64,000 nucleotides of DNA, from NCBI GenBank assembly GCA_963742595.1, contig CAVUMT010000001.1:3854314-3918313 (forward strand), in the 5' to 3' direction. Positions 14,349 through 24,104 of the stretch are shown piece by piece (the stretch's first letter is position 1; each line of letters opens with the position of its first letter). Below the pieces are notes generated by a model that made no database searches, was not told where the DNA came from, and saw only the letters and a list, made by a program, of their open reading frames with translations. Source of the DNA: an uncultured Acidobacteriota bacterium (GTDB lineage: Bacteria; Acidobacteriota; Vicinamibacteria; Fen-336). The position numbers were made by a program, and so were the translations under genes.

Positions 14349-17246
14349 ATGGATTCCTCCTGCCTCACTCGTATCGTCCTCTTGTCCGTCGTCCTCGTGC
14401 CGGGGGCCACATCGCTCCACGCCGCCGACGAGCCGCGCCTTCTGACCGTCGACGACATCTACTCCCTGAAGACGGTCGCCGATCCCCGGCTCTCTCCCGA
14501 CGGACAGTCGGTCGCATTCACGGTGACCTCGCTGGACGCGGAGGAGGATCGGCAGCAGACGGACGTCTGGCTCGCTCCGATCTCGGGGGGCGAGGCGGCG
14601 CGTCTCACCGCGGGCCCGAAGTCGGTCACGAAGCCGCGCTTCAGCCCCGATGGCCGGTGGATCGCCTATCTCGCCGCGCCGCGCGACGCGAAGGGGAGCG
14701 GCCCCAGGCAGGTGTTCCTCCTTCCTCGCGCGGGGGGAGAGCCCACGAAGCTCACGAGCCTCCTCGGGGGCGTCTCCGACCTCGCGTGGTCGCCCGACGG
14801 GCGGAGGCTCGCCCTGCTCGTGAGCGACCCGGAGCCGGACGCCGCGGAGGCGAAGGGCGACAGCGAGAAGTCGCCCCGGCCGATCGTGACGCGAAGGCTG
14901 CAGTTCATGCGGGACACCGAGGGCTACCTCGCGGACCGGCGTACGCACGTGAACGTCTTCGACGTGGAGAAGAAGACGAGCTTCGCCCTCACGTCCGGCC
15001 CCTTCGACGACTCGTCGCCCGCGTGGTCGCCGGACGGCGAGTGGATCGCGTTCGTGAGCAACCGGACGCTTCCCGACGCCGACCGCACGGTCGACTCCGA
15101 CGTCTTCGTGGTGCGGAGCCGTCCCGGCGAGGTGCCGCGCGCGGTCACGGGCGCGCCCGCCCGCGACACGAGCCCCGCCTGGAGCCCCGATGGGAAGTGG
15201 ATCGCCTACGTGCAGGGCGGAGACCCTGCCGACCTCTGGTACGGGGCCAGCCACGTGGCGATGGTGTCCGCGGAGGGCGGCCTCCCCCATCCCCTGACGC
15301 AGGCACTCGACCGCAACGTCCTCAATCCGTCCTTCTCTCCGGACGGCCGCTCCGTCCTCTTCCGGCTGGAGGACGGGGGCAACGTGCACCTCGCCCGCGT
15401 CTCCGTGGACGGGGGACCCACGGAGCGCGTCGTGGGGGGAGAGCGCGAGGTGGAGGCCTACGACGCGGCGAGGGGAGGGGCGATCGTCGTCCTCGAGTCG
15501 TCGTCCGCGCAGCTTGCGGAGATCTCGTCCGTCTCCGGCGGCGACCTCGCGCGCGTCACGCGCGTCAACGACGCCTTCCTCCAGGGGCGGCGGCTCGCCC
15601 GCGTCGAGCGCTTCCGCACGCAGAGCCGGGACGGCACGCCGATCGACGGCTTTCTCACGTTCCCCCCGGACCACACGTCGGGGAAGAAGCTCCCCACGGT
15701 GCTCCGCATCCACGGCGGCCCCGCCTCGCAGTACTCCACGGGCTTCGAGCTCGAGTGGCAGATCCTCGCCGCCGCGGGCTACGCGGTGGTGGCCGCCAAT
15801 CCCCGCGGCTCCACCGGCTACGGCACCGCCTTCAGCCGCGCCATCTGGGCGGACTGGGGGAACAAGGACCACGAGGACGTGATGGCCGCGCTCCAGCACG
15901 CGGTGACCCAGGGCGTCGCGGACCCGGAGCGGCTGGGCGTGGGCGGCTGGAGCTACGGGGGGATGCTCACGAACTACGTGATCAGCAAGAGCGACCGCTT
16001 CAAGGCGGCGGTCTCCGGCTCCTCGATCTCCAACATCCTCGCCGGCTACGGCACCGACCACTACCAGTACCACTACGAGGTCGAGCTGGGCCTGCCCTGG
16101 AAGAGCCGCGAGGTCTGGTCGTCGCTGTCCGGCCCCTTCTTCGACGTGGAGAAGATCAACGCGGCGACGCTCTTCCTCTGCGGCGACAAGGACATGAACG
16201 TCCCGCTCCTCAACACGGAGCAGATGTACCAGGCGGTACGACGGGTGGGGAAGGTGCCGACCGAGCTCGTCATCTATCCGGGGGAGTGGCACGGCCTGCG
16301 CCGGCCGAGCTTCCTGAAGGACCGGCTCGTGCGCTACCTCGCCTGGTACGACACGTACCTGAAGCCGGGGACGACGCCGGCGGGGACGCGCGCGGAGGCC
16401 GTCTCGAAGCTCGGCATACCGCTTCTCGCCCAGGATCCCGCCCCGGACGCGCGGGCGCGCCTCCAGAAGGACCTGGAGGCGGCGGAAGCCGCTTTCCTGA
16501 AGACGCCGGACGACGTGGACACGATCGTGCGACTGGGCCGGCGGCTGTCCGCGCTCGGACGCTATCGCGAGGCGACCGAGGTCTACACGCGCGGGCTCGC
16601 CCGCTACCCGCTCGACCCGCGCCTCCTCCGCTTCCGCGGCCACCGGTACATCACGCTCCGCGACTACGACAAGGCGGTGGCCGACCTCACGCGGGCGGCG
16701 GACCTGACGCGAGGAAAGCCCGACCAGCCGGACGGCGATCCCCCGGCGGGTCCCCTCGCCGGCGCCTCGAGCACGCTGCAGTACAGCATCTACTACCACC
16801 TCGGCCTCGCCCACTACCTCCGCGGAGATTTCGCGCGCGCGCTGCCCGCGTACCGCGAGTGCCTGCGCGTCGCCCGGGGCAACGACGACCGCGTGGTGGC
16901 GGTCACCGACTGGCTCTACCTCACGCTGCGGCGGCTCGGCAAGGACGAGGAGGCGCAGAAGCTCCTCCCCGCCGACCTCGCGGCCTTGAACATCCAGGAG
17001 AACCAGCTTTATCGGAACCGGCTCCGGATGTACCGGGGCGAGCTCCAGCCCGATGACCTCCTCCGCACGGGCGGCGACGACGTCGGCCTCGCCACCTACG
17101 GCTACGCGGTGGGGACCTGGTACCTCCTGGCCGGAGAGAAGGACCGGGCGCGGGCCGCGTACACGCGCGTGGTCGAGGGACGCGCGTGGCCCGCCTTCGG
17201 CTTCGCGGCCGCGGAGGCCGAGCTCGTCCGTCTGCGTGCGCGTTGA
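14349..17246 (+). CDS. S9-family serine peptidase: beta-propeller + alpha/beta-hydrolase + C-terminal TPR-like domain
   Basis: Intact 965 aa; signal peptide; repeated SPDG(R/Q/K/E)(W/S)(I/V/L)AF propeller motifs; catalytic GGWSYGGMLTNYV; about 300-aa helical tail (residues ~670-965). Confidence 0.85.
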   Translation: MDSSCLTRIVLLSVVLVPGATSLHAADEPRLLTVDDIYSLKTVADPRLSPDGQSVAFTVTSLDAEEDRQQTDVWLAPISGGEAARLTAGPKSVTKPRFSPDGRWIAYLAAPRDAKGSGPRQVFLLPRAGGEPTKLTSLLGGVSDLAWSPDGRRLALLVSDPEPDAAEAKGDSEKSPRPIVTRRLQFMRDTEGYLADRRTHVNVFDVEKKTSFALTSGPFDDSSPAWSPDGEWIAFVSNRTLPDADRTVDSDVFVVRSRPGEVPRAVTGAPARDTSPAWSPDGKWIAYVQGGDPADLWYGASHVAMVSAEGGLPHPLTQALDRNVLNPSFSPDGRSVLFRLEDGGNVHLARVSVDGGPTERVVGGEREVEAYDAARGGAIVVLESSSAQLAEISSVSGGDLARVTRVNDAFLQGRRLARVERFRTQSRDGTPIDGFLTFPPDHTSGKKLPTVLRIHGGPASQYSTGFELEWQILAAAGYAVVAANPRGSTGYGTAFSRAIWADWGNKDHEDVMAALQHAVTQGVADPERLGVGGWSYGGMLTNYVISKSDRFKAAVSGSSISNILAGYGTDHYQYHYEVELGLPWKSREVWSSLSGPFFDVEKINAATLFLCGDKDMNVPLLNTEQMYQAVRRVGKVPTELVIYPGEWHGLRRPSFLKDRLVRYLAWYDTYLKPGTTPAGTRAEAVSKLGIPLLAQDPAPDARARLQKDLEAAEAAFLKTPDDVDTIVRLGRRLSALGRYREATEVYTRGLARYPLDPRLLRFRGHRYITLRDYDKAVADLTRAADLTRGKPDQPDGDPPAGPLAGASSTLQYSIYYHLGLAHYLRGDFARALPAYRECLRVARGNDDRVVAVTDWLYLTLRRLGKDEEAQKLLPADLAALNIQENQLYRNRLRMYRGELQPDDLLRTGGDDVGLATYGYAVGTWYLLAGEKDRARAAYTRVVEGRAWPAFGFAAAEAELVRLRAR

Positions 17247-17280
17247 CACGCACCGGCGCGGGACGGATGCTCTGCGCACC

Positions 17281-18306
17281 GTGAGCACCATCGATCTGCG
17301 CTCCGACACCGTCACCCGCCCCACTCCCGCCATGCGCAAGGCGATGGCGGAGGCGGAGGTGGGGGACGACCTCTACGGCGAGGATCCCACGGTCAACCGG
17401 CTGCAGGAGGAGGCGTCGCGCCGGCTCGGCTTCGACAAGGCGCTCTTCGTCCCGTCGGGGACGATGGCCAACGAGATCGCGATCCGCCTCCTCACCGAGC
17501 CCGGGCAGCTCGTGCTCGCGGAGGAGCGGAGCCACGTCGTGCAGAACGAGATGGGAGGGATGGCCGTCCTCTCCGGCTGCATGCCCACCACCGTCTCCGC
17601 CCCCGACGGCAAGGTCACGCCCGACCACATCCGCCGCGCGAACAAGCCGCCCTTGATCGTGCGCCCCGTCGTGGGTCTCGTGGTGCTCGAGAACACGCAC
17701 AACTTCGCGGGAGGCACCGTCTACACCGTGGAGGAGACCCGGCTCGCCATCGCCGCGGCCCGCGAGGCGGGATGGAAGGTCCACATCGACGGGGCGCGGC
17801 TCTGGAACGCGTCGGTGGCCCTCGGGGTGGCTCCCCGCGACCTCGCCGCGGGCGCGGACACGCTGATGGTGGACTTCTCGAAGGGCCTTTGCTGCCCGGT
17901 GGGGGCGCTCCTCCTCATGCCCACGTCGCTCTACGAAAGGGCGCGACGGGTCCGGCAGCAGCTCGGCGGGGGCATGCGGCAGGCCGGCGTGATCGCGGCC
18001 CCCGCCCTCGTGGCCCTGGACTCGATGGTGGACCGGCTCGCCGAGGACCACGCGAACGCCCGCCTCCTCGGGGAGGCCCTCGGCCGCTGCCGCGGCGTGC
18101 GCGTGGCCCCCGGACAGTCGAACATCGTGATCGCGCAGATCGAGGGCCGCCGGGCCTCGGACGTGGCGGCCGCCCTGCGGGCCCGGGGAGTGCTCATCCT
18201 CGCCCTCGACCTCACGACGCTCCGTCTCACCACCCACCACGACGTCTCGCGCGCGGAGTGCGAGCGGGCGGCGGCGGAGCTGCAATCCGTCCTGGGCGGC
18301 GCTTGA
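17281..18306 (+). CDS. ltaE: Low-specificity L-threonine aldolase
   Basis: TIDLRSDTVTRPTPAMRKAMAEAEVGDDLYGEDPTVNRLQEE...VPSGTMANEIA...; GTG start. Confidence 0.8.
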   Translation: MSTIDLRSDTVTRPTPAMRKAMAEAEVGDDLYGEDPTVNRLQEEASRRLGFDKALFVPSGTMANEIAIRLLTEPGQLVLAEERSHVVQNEMGGMAVLSGCMPTTVSAPDGKVTPDHIRRANKPPLIVRPVVGLVVLENTHNFAGGTVYTVEETRLAIAAAREAGWKVHIDGARLWNASVALGVAPRDLAAGADTLMVDFSKGLCCPVGALLLMPTSLYERARRVRQQLGGGMRQAGVIAAPALVALDSMVDRLAEDHANARLLGEALGRCRGVRVAPGQSNIVIAQIEGRRASDVAAALRARGVLILALDLTTLRLTTHHDVSRAECERAAAELQSVLGGA

Positions 18307-20027
18307 TCGCGGCCGTCCTCATCGTTCTCCTCGCCGCCCCGGAACCCGCGGTCGAGCGGGACGTTCCGGTACCGATGAGGGACGGGGTCGTCCTGCGGGC
18401 GGATGTCTGGCGGCCTTCGGGCTCCGGTCCCTTCCCCGTGCTCGTCTACCGGACGCCCTACGACAAGAAGGGCGCTCCCGAGGACTACACAACGGTGCGC
18501 CGCGCAGTGGCCCGCGGCTACGCGGTGGTGGTCCAGGACGTGCGCGGCCGCTACGCTTCCGCGGGCGAGTTCGACCCCTACCGCCACGAGAGCCGCGACG
18601 GCTACGACACGATCGAGTGGGCGGCGGCGCAGCCGTGGTCGAACGGCCGGGTGGGCACGTTCGGCCTGTCCTATCCGGGGGCGGTCCAGTGGCTGGCCGC
18701 CGTCGAGTCTCCGCCCCACCTCCTCGCCATGGTCCCGGCGATGACGTTCTCCCGGCCCGACAACTTCTTCAACTCCGGCGGGGTCTTCGATCTCTCGTGG
18801 ATCGGCTGGATCTGGAACAGCATCGCCCCCGACACCCGCCGGCGGCGCGACCTTCCCGGGCCGCGAACGGACGAGGAGGCGGAGAAGGCGTGGCCGTCCG
18901 TCCGGGACGGCCTGCGCCGGCGACTGCCCCTCGCCGACCTCCACGAGCTTCGCGATGCCGCGCCCTATTACTTCGTCTGGATGACGACACCTCCCGGCGA
19001 TCCCCGCTGGTCCTTCGCCGACCTGCGGGGCCGCTACGATCGCGTGAAGGCGGCGGTCCTCAACTTCTCGGGGTGGTACGACGAGGCCTACGGGCCCGAG
19101 GGCGCCCTCACCAACTTCACGGGTCTTCTCGCGGCGCGGCGGGCGGACACCGATCCCCGGACGCAGATCGTGCTCGGCCCCTGGATCCACGGCAGCGCCA
19201 CGGTCAACGACTCCAATCGACGGGTGCGATCCGGCGACCGCGTCTTCGGCGCGGCCGCGGGCGTCGACTACGACGAGCTCGTCCTACGCTTCCTGGACTT
19301 CCACGTCCGCGGCACGGCGAACGGCGTCGATCGGGAGCCCCGCGTGCGTGCCTTCGTGATGGGCGAGGACGTCTGGCGCGAGGCTTCGGAGTGGCCGCTC
19401 CCGGGGACCCGTCCGTTCACCCTGTATCTCGATCCCGTCGCGCGCGAGCGGAGCCGTCTCGTGGGCGAGCCTCCGCCTTCGCCGTCTTCGGTCTCGTTCG
19501 TGTCCGACCCGGCCGATCCCGTGGTGGACGTCTTCACCGACACACCGGGGGGGCACGACTATCGCGCGCTCGCGCTGCGTCCGGACGTGGCCGTCTTCGA
19601 GACGGAGCCTTTCGCCGAGGACCGTCGCGTGGTCGGGATGATCGACGCCTCCGTGGAGATCTCGACGGACGCGCCGGACGTCGACCTGTGGCTCAAGCTG
19701 TTCGACGTGGCCCCGGACGGAACGTCCTGGAACCTCATGAGCCCCGGCCTCGACGTGCGCCGGGCCAGCTACCGGGACGGGGGGCCTGAGCGGAAGCTCC
19801 TCACGCCCGGGACACGCTACGCGCTGCGCTTCGACACGCTCGCCACCGGCAACCTCTTCCGCAAGGGCCACCGCCTGCGTGTCGTCCTCTGCGGCAGCTT
19901 CTTCCCCGGCTTCTCGCGCAACCTGCAGACGGGGGAGCCCGAGGCCACGTCGGCGGCGATGCGAAAGGCCACGATCACGGTTCACGGCGGACCGTCTTCG
20001 CGGCTCGTCCTGCCTCTCGTCCCCTAG
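18303..20027 (+). CDS. CocE/NonD-family hydrolase (X-Pro dipeptidyl-peptidase S15-like)
   Basis: Intact; ...VPMRDGVVLRADVWRP...PVLVYRTPYDK...; TTG start overlaps the ltaE stop. Confidence 0.75.
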   Translation: MIAAVLIVLLAAPEPAVERDVPVPMRDGVVLRADVWRPSGSGPFPVLVYRTPYDKKGAPEDYTTVRRAVARGYAVVVQDVRGRYASAGEFDPYRHESRDGYDTIEWAAAQPWSNGRVGTFGLSYPGAVQWLAAVESPPHLLAMVPAMTFSRPDNFFNSGGVFDLSWIGWIWNSIAPDTRRRRDLPGPRTDEEAEKAWPSVRDGLRRRLPLADLHELRDAAPYYFVWMTTPPGDPRWSFADLRGRYDRVKAAVLNFSGWYDEAYGPEGALTNFTGLLAARRADTDPRTQIVLGPWIHGSATVNDSNRRVRSGDRVFGAAAGVDYDELVLRFLDFHVRGTANGVDREPRVRAFVMGEDVWREASEWPLPGTRPFTLYLDPVARERSRLVGEPPPSPSSVSFVSDPADPVVDVFTDTPGGHDYRALALRPDVAVFETEPFAEDRRVVGMIDASVEISTDAPDVDLWLKLFDVAPDGTSWNLMSPGLDVRRASYRDGGPERKLLTPGTRYALRFDTLATGNLFRKGHRLRVVLCGSFFPGFSRNLQTGEPEATSAAMRKATITVHGGPSSRLVLPLVP

Positions 20028-20049
20028 ACGCCTTCTGTTCGTCGTTCCC

Positions 20050-21138
20050 CTACGTTACCGTCCTACCCATTCCGGACGGATTTCGAGTCTTCCGGGTCGA
20101 ACCCCAGTCCCAGGACATCGCCTTCCTTCCGTAGTCGACCTCGGCCATCCGCTGGTTGTGGGCACGGCACAAAAGGCTGATGTTGTCGATCTCGGGGCCG
20201 CCCCCGATTCCGAACGGATGCCGGTGGTGGTACTCGAGGCGGTGACGTTCGGGACATCTTCGACCGTACGCGTCCACGAAGCGGCAACGCCCTCCGTCCC
20301 GCTGGTGCACGGCACGTCGAACCGCCGCCGGGATGTGCCGTGACGAAGGTTCACCTCGTACCGGCACCTTCCTGGGTGCGCGCGTCCGGCCGAATCGCCG
20401 CGCCTCCAGCCGCTCCAGCTTTTCGCTCACGGCCTGTTCGATGATCCGGGCAAGATCCCCGTCCGGTACCTCATGGCGCAGGAGAGCCCGAAGACGTTCG
20501 AGCTTGCCATAGAGCTCGGCTCCGGCAGTGAACTGCACCTTGTAACGGGCCGGTGAGAGGGGCTGGACGACGACAGTGCTCGCGGGGACCGTCATGGGAA
20601 TCGCGTCGGAACGATCTGCAGCTGCCGAGCCGGGAGCTCCGTCCAGAACGAGTCCGACGCTCCGGGGCTCCGCTCGACCCGGAGTGATCAGCCGCTGCGG
20701 CAGCTTTCGCATCCTGTCGGGAACGTCGGGTCGGGGAGCCCACTCGGCGATGAGCTCCTCGATCTGGCGTTTGGACTTGTGGACGGCGCGGGCGAGGAGC
20801 ACATCCCGGTTCTCCGGCGTGAGCAGCGGCGCCAGCTTCGCGATGCCGCTCAAATGGAGTCGACCGTCCGCGAGCATCTCGAGGAGGACGGAATGCTGCC
20901 GAGCTGCCCGGGCCACGGTGGTCCGCAGGTAGGCCTCGGCCTCCGAGAGATGGAGGGCATGCGTGCAGTAGACGAACATTGAAGGGAAGGCCTCGCGGGC
21001 GTAGAGCCGGCGGGCCTCTACCTCGCCGATGTGCGCGACCAGGTCGGCCTCGGCGCGACGGGATTGGCCGAGGATATCGGCGAGCCCGCGAAGGAGCGCA
21101 TCGTCGGAGAGCGATTCGAGCGGCTGTTCGAGTGACAT
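20050..21138 (-). CDS. DUF222 + HNH endonuclease domain protein (REP13E12-like)
   Basis: Intact 362 aa; C-terminal HNH: CRFVDAYGRRCPERHRLEYHHRHPFGIGGGPEIDNISLLCRAHN. Confidence 0.7.
   Translation of the reverse strand: MSLEQPLESLSDDALLRGLADILGQSRRAEADLVAHIGEVEARRLYAREAFPSMFVYCTHALHLSEAEAYLRTTVARAARQHSVLLEMLADGRLHLSGIAKLAPLLTPENRDVLLARAVHKSKRQIEELIAEWAPRPDVPDRMRKLPQRLITPGRAEPRSVGLVLDGAPGSAAADRSDAIPMTVPASTVVVQPLSPARYKVQFTAGAELYGKLERLRALLRHEVPDGDLARIIEQAVSEKLERLEARRFGRTRAPRKVPVRGEPSSRHIPAAVRRAVHQRDGGRCRFVDAYGRRCPERHRLEYHHRHPFGIGGGPEIDNISLLCRAHNQRMAEVDYGRKAMSWDWGSTRKTRNPSGMGRTVT
20051..20080 (+). repeat. Copy B of 29-bp dispersed repeat
   Basis: acgttaccgtcctacccattccggacgga, overlapping the 3' end of the HNH gene. 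Confidence 0.7.
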
Positions 21139-21293
21139 GCCACGACTGTAGACCCGAGACCGGACACAATGGGTCCGCGCCTAACGAATCAGAAACGATT
21201 GGATGGCCTTCGACACACGAATCTTGATTTCTCACAATCCGCCGCCCACGGCGGCTGAGTCTCGGAATGAGTAGCGAGGCGGTCCGTGTCCGA

Positions 21294-21322
21294 CGTTACC
21301 GTCCTACCCATTCCGGACGGAG
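21294..21322 (+). repeat. Copy C of 29-bp dispersed repeat
   Basis: acgttaccgtcctacccattccggacgga, upstream of the HNH start and about 1.24 kb from copy B. Confidence 0.7.
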
Positions 21323-21376
21323 TTCAAGCCCCCACGAGCTCAGCGGTCTCCCGGTACGAAAGCCGACAACTCACGC

Positions 21377-22017
21377 TCAGTCACCGAACCCCTGCTGCGG
21401 CGCACGAGCGTGGAGCCCGCTGCCCCCCGCCGCCACCACGGCCACGAACCAATGGCCGTCGTGCAGCACGTGACCCCCGAGAAGCTCGGCGGCCAGGCTG
21501 GCTCCGGTGAAGAACCGCTTGTAGACCCGGTGCTGCGAGCCATCGGCGAGCGAGCGCTCCTGCCACTCGTCCCGCGGCGCTCCCCCCCGCGGGCCCGCGT
21601 CCACGACCACGATCTCCCCCGCCACGGCGCGGGCCTCGTCGAGGAAGCCGGGCCGCTCGTCGGGAAGGACGTGCCCGTAGAGGTGCGCGGCGAAAACGCG
21701 CTCGAAGGCGGCATCGCCGAAGGGAAGGGCGAGGGCGTCCCCGCGCACCAGGAGAGCCGCGGGCGCCTGCTCCCGCGCCCGCGCCAGCATCGCCGCGCTC
21801 TGATCGCAGGCGACGACGGACCCGCGAAGATGACGCGTCAGGTACCCCGTGCCGCACCCCAGGTCGAGCGTGCGGGCCGGAGACAGCCCGGCCACGAGGC
21901 GCACGAGCGACGAGAGCTCCTCGTCCCAGCCCCGCCGCTCGCGCGAGGAGAACAGGCCGCCGCCCGTGTACCAGTCGTCGAACTCCGGAGCCCGGCGATC
22001 GTAGTAGGCCCTCACTA
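21377..22017 (-). CDS. Class I SAM-dependent methyltransferase
   Basis: ...RAYYDRRAPEFDDW...TLDLGCGTGYLTRHL... Confidence 0.65.
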
Positions 22018-22136
22018 TCGGGATGCTAGCAGGGGAGCCAACCTCTGCCGCGATTCGTGCGTCATAGGGGAGAGCGGGCGGGCGGGCGCCGGACGGCGAG
22101 GCCGGCCCGAGCCGCGTGGTAGGCTCGACGGGTCGA

Positions 22137-22552
22137 TGCGGCAGCGGACCGAGAGCGTCACCGTGTCCACCCGGCGCGGCCTCACCGAGATCACGAAGCC
22201 CGTACGTGCGGCGGTGCGCGCCGCGGGGGTGGCCGAGGGCCTGTGCACCGTCTTCCTGCGCCACACCTCGGCGAGCCTGGTGATCCAGGAGAACGCGGAC
22301 CCGGCGGTGCGCCGCGACCTGGAGGCCTTCCTGAGCCGTCTCGTGCCCGATGGCGATTCACTCTTCACGCACGTGGCGGAGGGCGACGACGACATGCCCG
22401 CCCACGTGAAGGCGGCGCTGCTCAAGACCTCGGAGCAGATCCCGGTGCGGGCGGGCGACCTCGTGCTCGGTACGTGGCAGGGCCTCTACCTCTGGGAGCA
22501 CCGGACGGGCGCGCACCGGCGCGAGGTGGTGGTCCACGTGCTGGGGGAGTGA
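22137..22552 (+). CDS. YjbQ/UPF0047 family protein
   Basis: Intact 138 aa; ...GLCTVFLRHTSASLVIQENADPAVRRDLEAFL... Confidence 0.7.
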
Positions 22553-22554
22553 CG

Positions 22555-24084
22555 GTGAGGCTCCGCACCCAGCTCGCCCTCGCCTTCCTGCTGCTCGCCG
22601 TCGTTCCCCTGCTCGGGATCACGGTCTGGTCCTACGTTTCCTCGGAGCGCGCCTTTCGCGTGGCCGTGCACGAGGAAGTGCAGGAGATGGCGCAGGAGAT
22701 GGGCGACCGCACGGAGGAGGTCCTGCAGGAGCTCTCCGACCGGCTGAAGCGGATGCGCGAGCGCCGTGCGGAGACGCCGGGCAGCGCGTTCGAGAAGGCG
22801 CGGGAGGAAGCGCTCCTCGCCGCGGAGCAGGCCGAGATGCGGCAGCTCCTGCTCACTATCCTCTCCGCGACGGAAAGGAAGCAAGGCGCCATCCCCTTCG
22901 CGTTCGACGCGAGCAAGCAGGTCTTCACGCCCGATCCCGGGGACGTGAAGAGGCTCCAGGGCTTCGGCGTCGTTCCCCGGCCTTCCGACGTGCCCGCCGA
23001 TCCGGACGGCGCGAACTGGGTGGTGGTGCTGAAGCCGGATCCCGCCGGTCTGACCGTGGGAGTGGCGCGGCCCGTGGGGGAGGGGCTCCGGGAGACGCGG
23101 CGTGCCGCCGTCCGGAACCTCGCGGTGGGCCTGGGCCTGGTGGGGCTGGCCCTCCTCGGGATCATTCCCGTCTCCGGGCGCATGACCCGCCACCTCCGCT
23201 CGCTGACCGAGGGTGCGGAGCGGCTCGCCGGGGGCGACCTCGACGTGCGCGTGCCCGTCCCCGGCGGAGCGGAGTTCGGCCGCCTCGCCGAGACCTTCAA
23301 CCGCATGGCCCGCGACCTTCGCGGCAACCAGGAACGGCGCATCCTCCAGGAGCGTCTCCACAAGGAGCTGGAGATCAGCCGCCGCATCCAGGAGGAGCTG
23401 CTTCCTCGCGGGCCGCTCGTCCTCCCGTTCGCGGAGGTGAGCGGCGTCTCCATCCCCGCCCGCGAGGTGGGCGGGGACTTCTTCAACTACTTCTCGCTCT
23501 CCGAGGAGGAGGCGGCCATCCTCGTGGGCGACGTGTCGGGCAAGGGAGTGCCCGCGGCCCTCCTCATGGCGAACCTCCAGGCGACGCTGCGCGCCCGGCT
23601 GCCCCTGGAGCGGGACCTGGCGCGGCTCGCCGACGCGCTGGACCGCGAGCTGGAGCGCAAGACGCCCGACGCCGCCTACCTCACCCTGTTCATCGCGGTC
23701 CTCGAGTCGAGCGGCCGTCTTCGGTACGTCAACGCCGGACACAACACCCAGTTCCTGCTCCGGGCGGAGGGGGGGCTGGAGCGGCTGGAGTCGACGGGAC
23801 GGCCGATCGGCCTTCTCCCCGGCGGCGGCTTCGAGCAGAGCTGCCTGACGATGAAGGACGGCGACTCGCTCTTCCTGTTCACCGACGGGCTCGTCGAGGC
23901 CGAGAACGAGGCGGAAGAGCCGTTCGGCACGGACCGCCTGGAGGGCCTTCTCCTCGACCAGCGCCAGCGCGACGTTTCCGCCCTCCTCGCCCGGGTCGAC
24001 CAGGCGATCCGGGAGCACCGCGGAGACGTGGACGCGGCGGACGACGCGACGATGGTCGTCCTCCGGGTCGGCCGCCCGGCCTGA
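22555..24084 (+). CDS. HAMP-domain PP2C-type (SpoIIE/RsbU-like) serine phosphatase
   Basis: Intact; N-terminal TM, second TM + HAMP, then ...AILVGDVSGKGVPAALLMANL...; GTG start just after the yjbQ stop. Confidence 0.75.
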   Translation: MRLRTQLALAFLLLAVVPLLGITVWSYVSSERAFRVAVHEEVQEMAQEMGDRTEEVLQELSDRLKRMRERRAETPGSAFEKAREEALLAAEQAEMRQLLLTILSATERKQGAIPFAFDASKQVFTPDPGDVKRLQGFGVVPRPSDVPADPDGANWVVVLKPDPAGLTVGVARPVGEGLRETRRAAVRNLAVGLGLVGLALLGIIPVSGRMTRHLRSLTEGAERLAGGDLDVRVPVPGGAEFGRLAETFNRMARDLRGNQERRILQERLHKELEISRRIQEELLPRGPLVLPFAEVSGVSIPAREVGGDFFNYFSLSEEEAAILVGDVSGKGVPAALLMANLQATLRARLPLERDLARLADALDRELERKTPDAAYLTLFIAVLESSGRLRYVNAGHNTQFLLRAEGGLERLESTGRPIGLLPGGGFEQSCLTMKDGDSLFLFTDGLVEAENEAEEPFGTDRLEGLLLDQRQRDVSALLARVDQAIREHRGDVDAADDATMVVLRVGRPA

Positions 24085-24104
24085 TCCGCCGTATCCTTCG
24101 CTCC

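Noticed and set aside
14262-17339. 1025-aa minus-strand ORF and 928-aa alternative plus-frame ORF overlapping the S9 peptidase gene
   Set aside because: These are typical stop-free antisense or off-frame ORFs of about 70% G+C DNA. They are Arg/Pro/Gly-rich with low complexity. The peptidase frame has the clear family motifs.
17931-19190. 419-aa minus-strand ORF antisense to the CocE/NonD gene
   Set aside because: Low-complexity R/P/G-rich translation, with no motifs. The sense frame is a well-conserved hydrolase.
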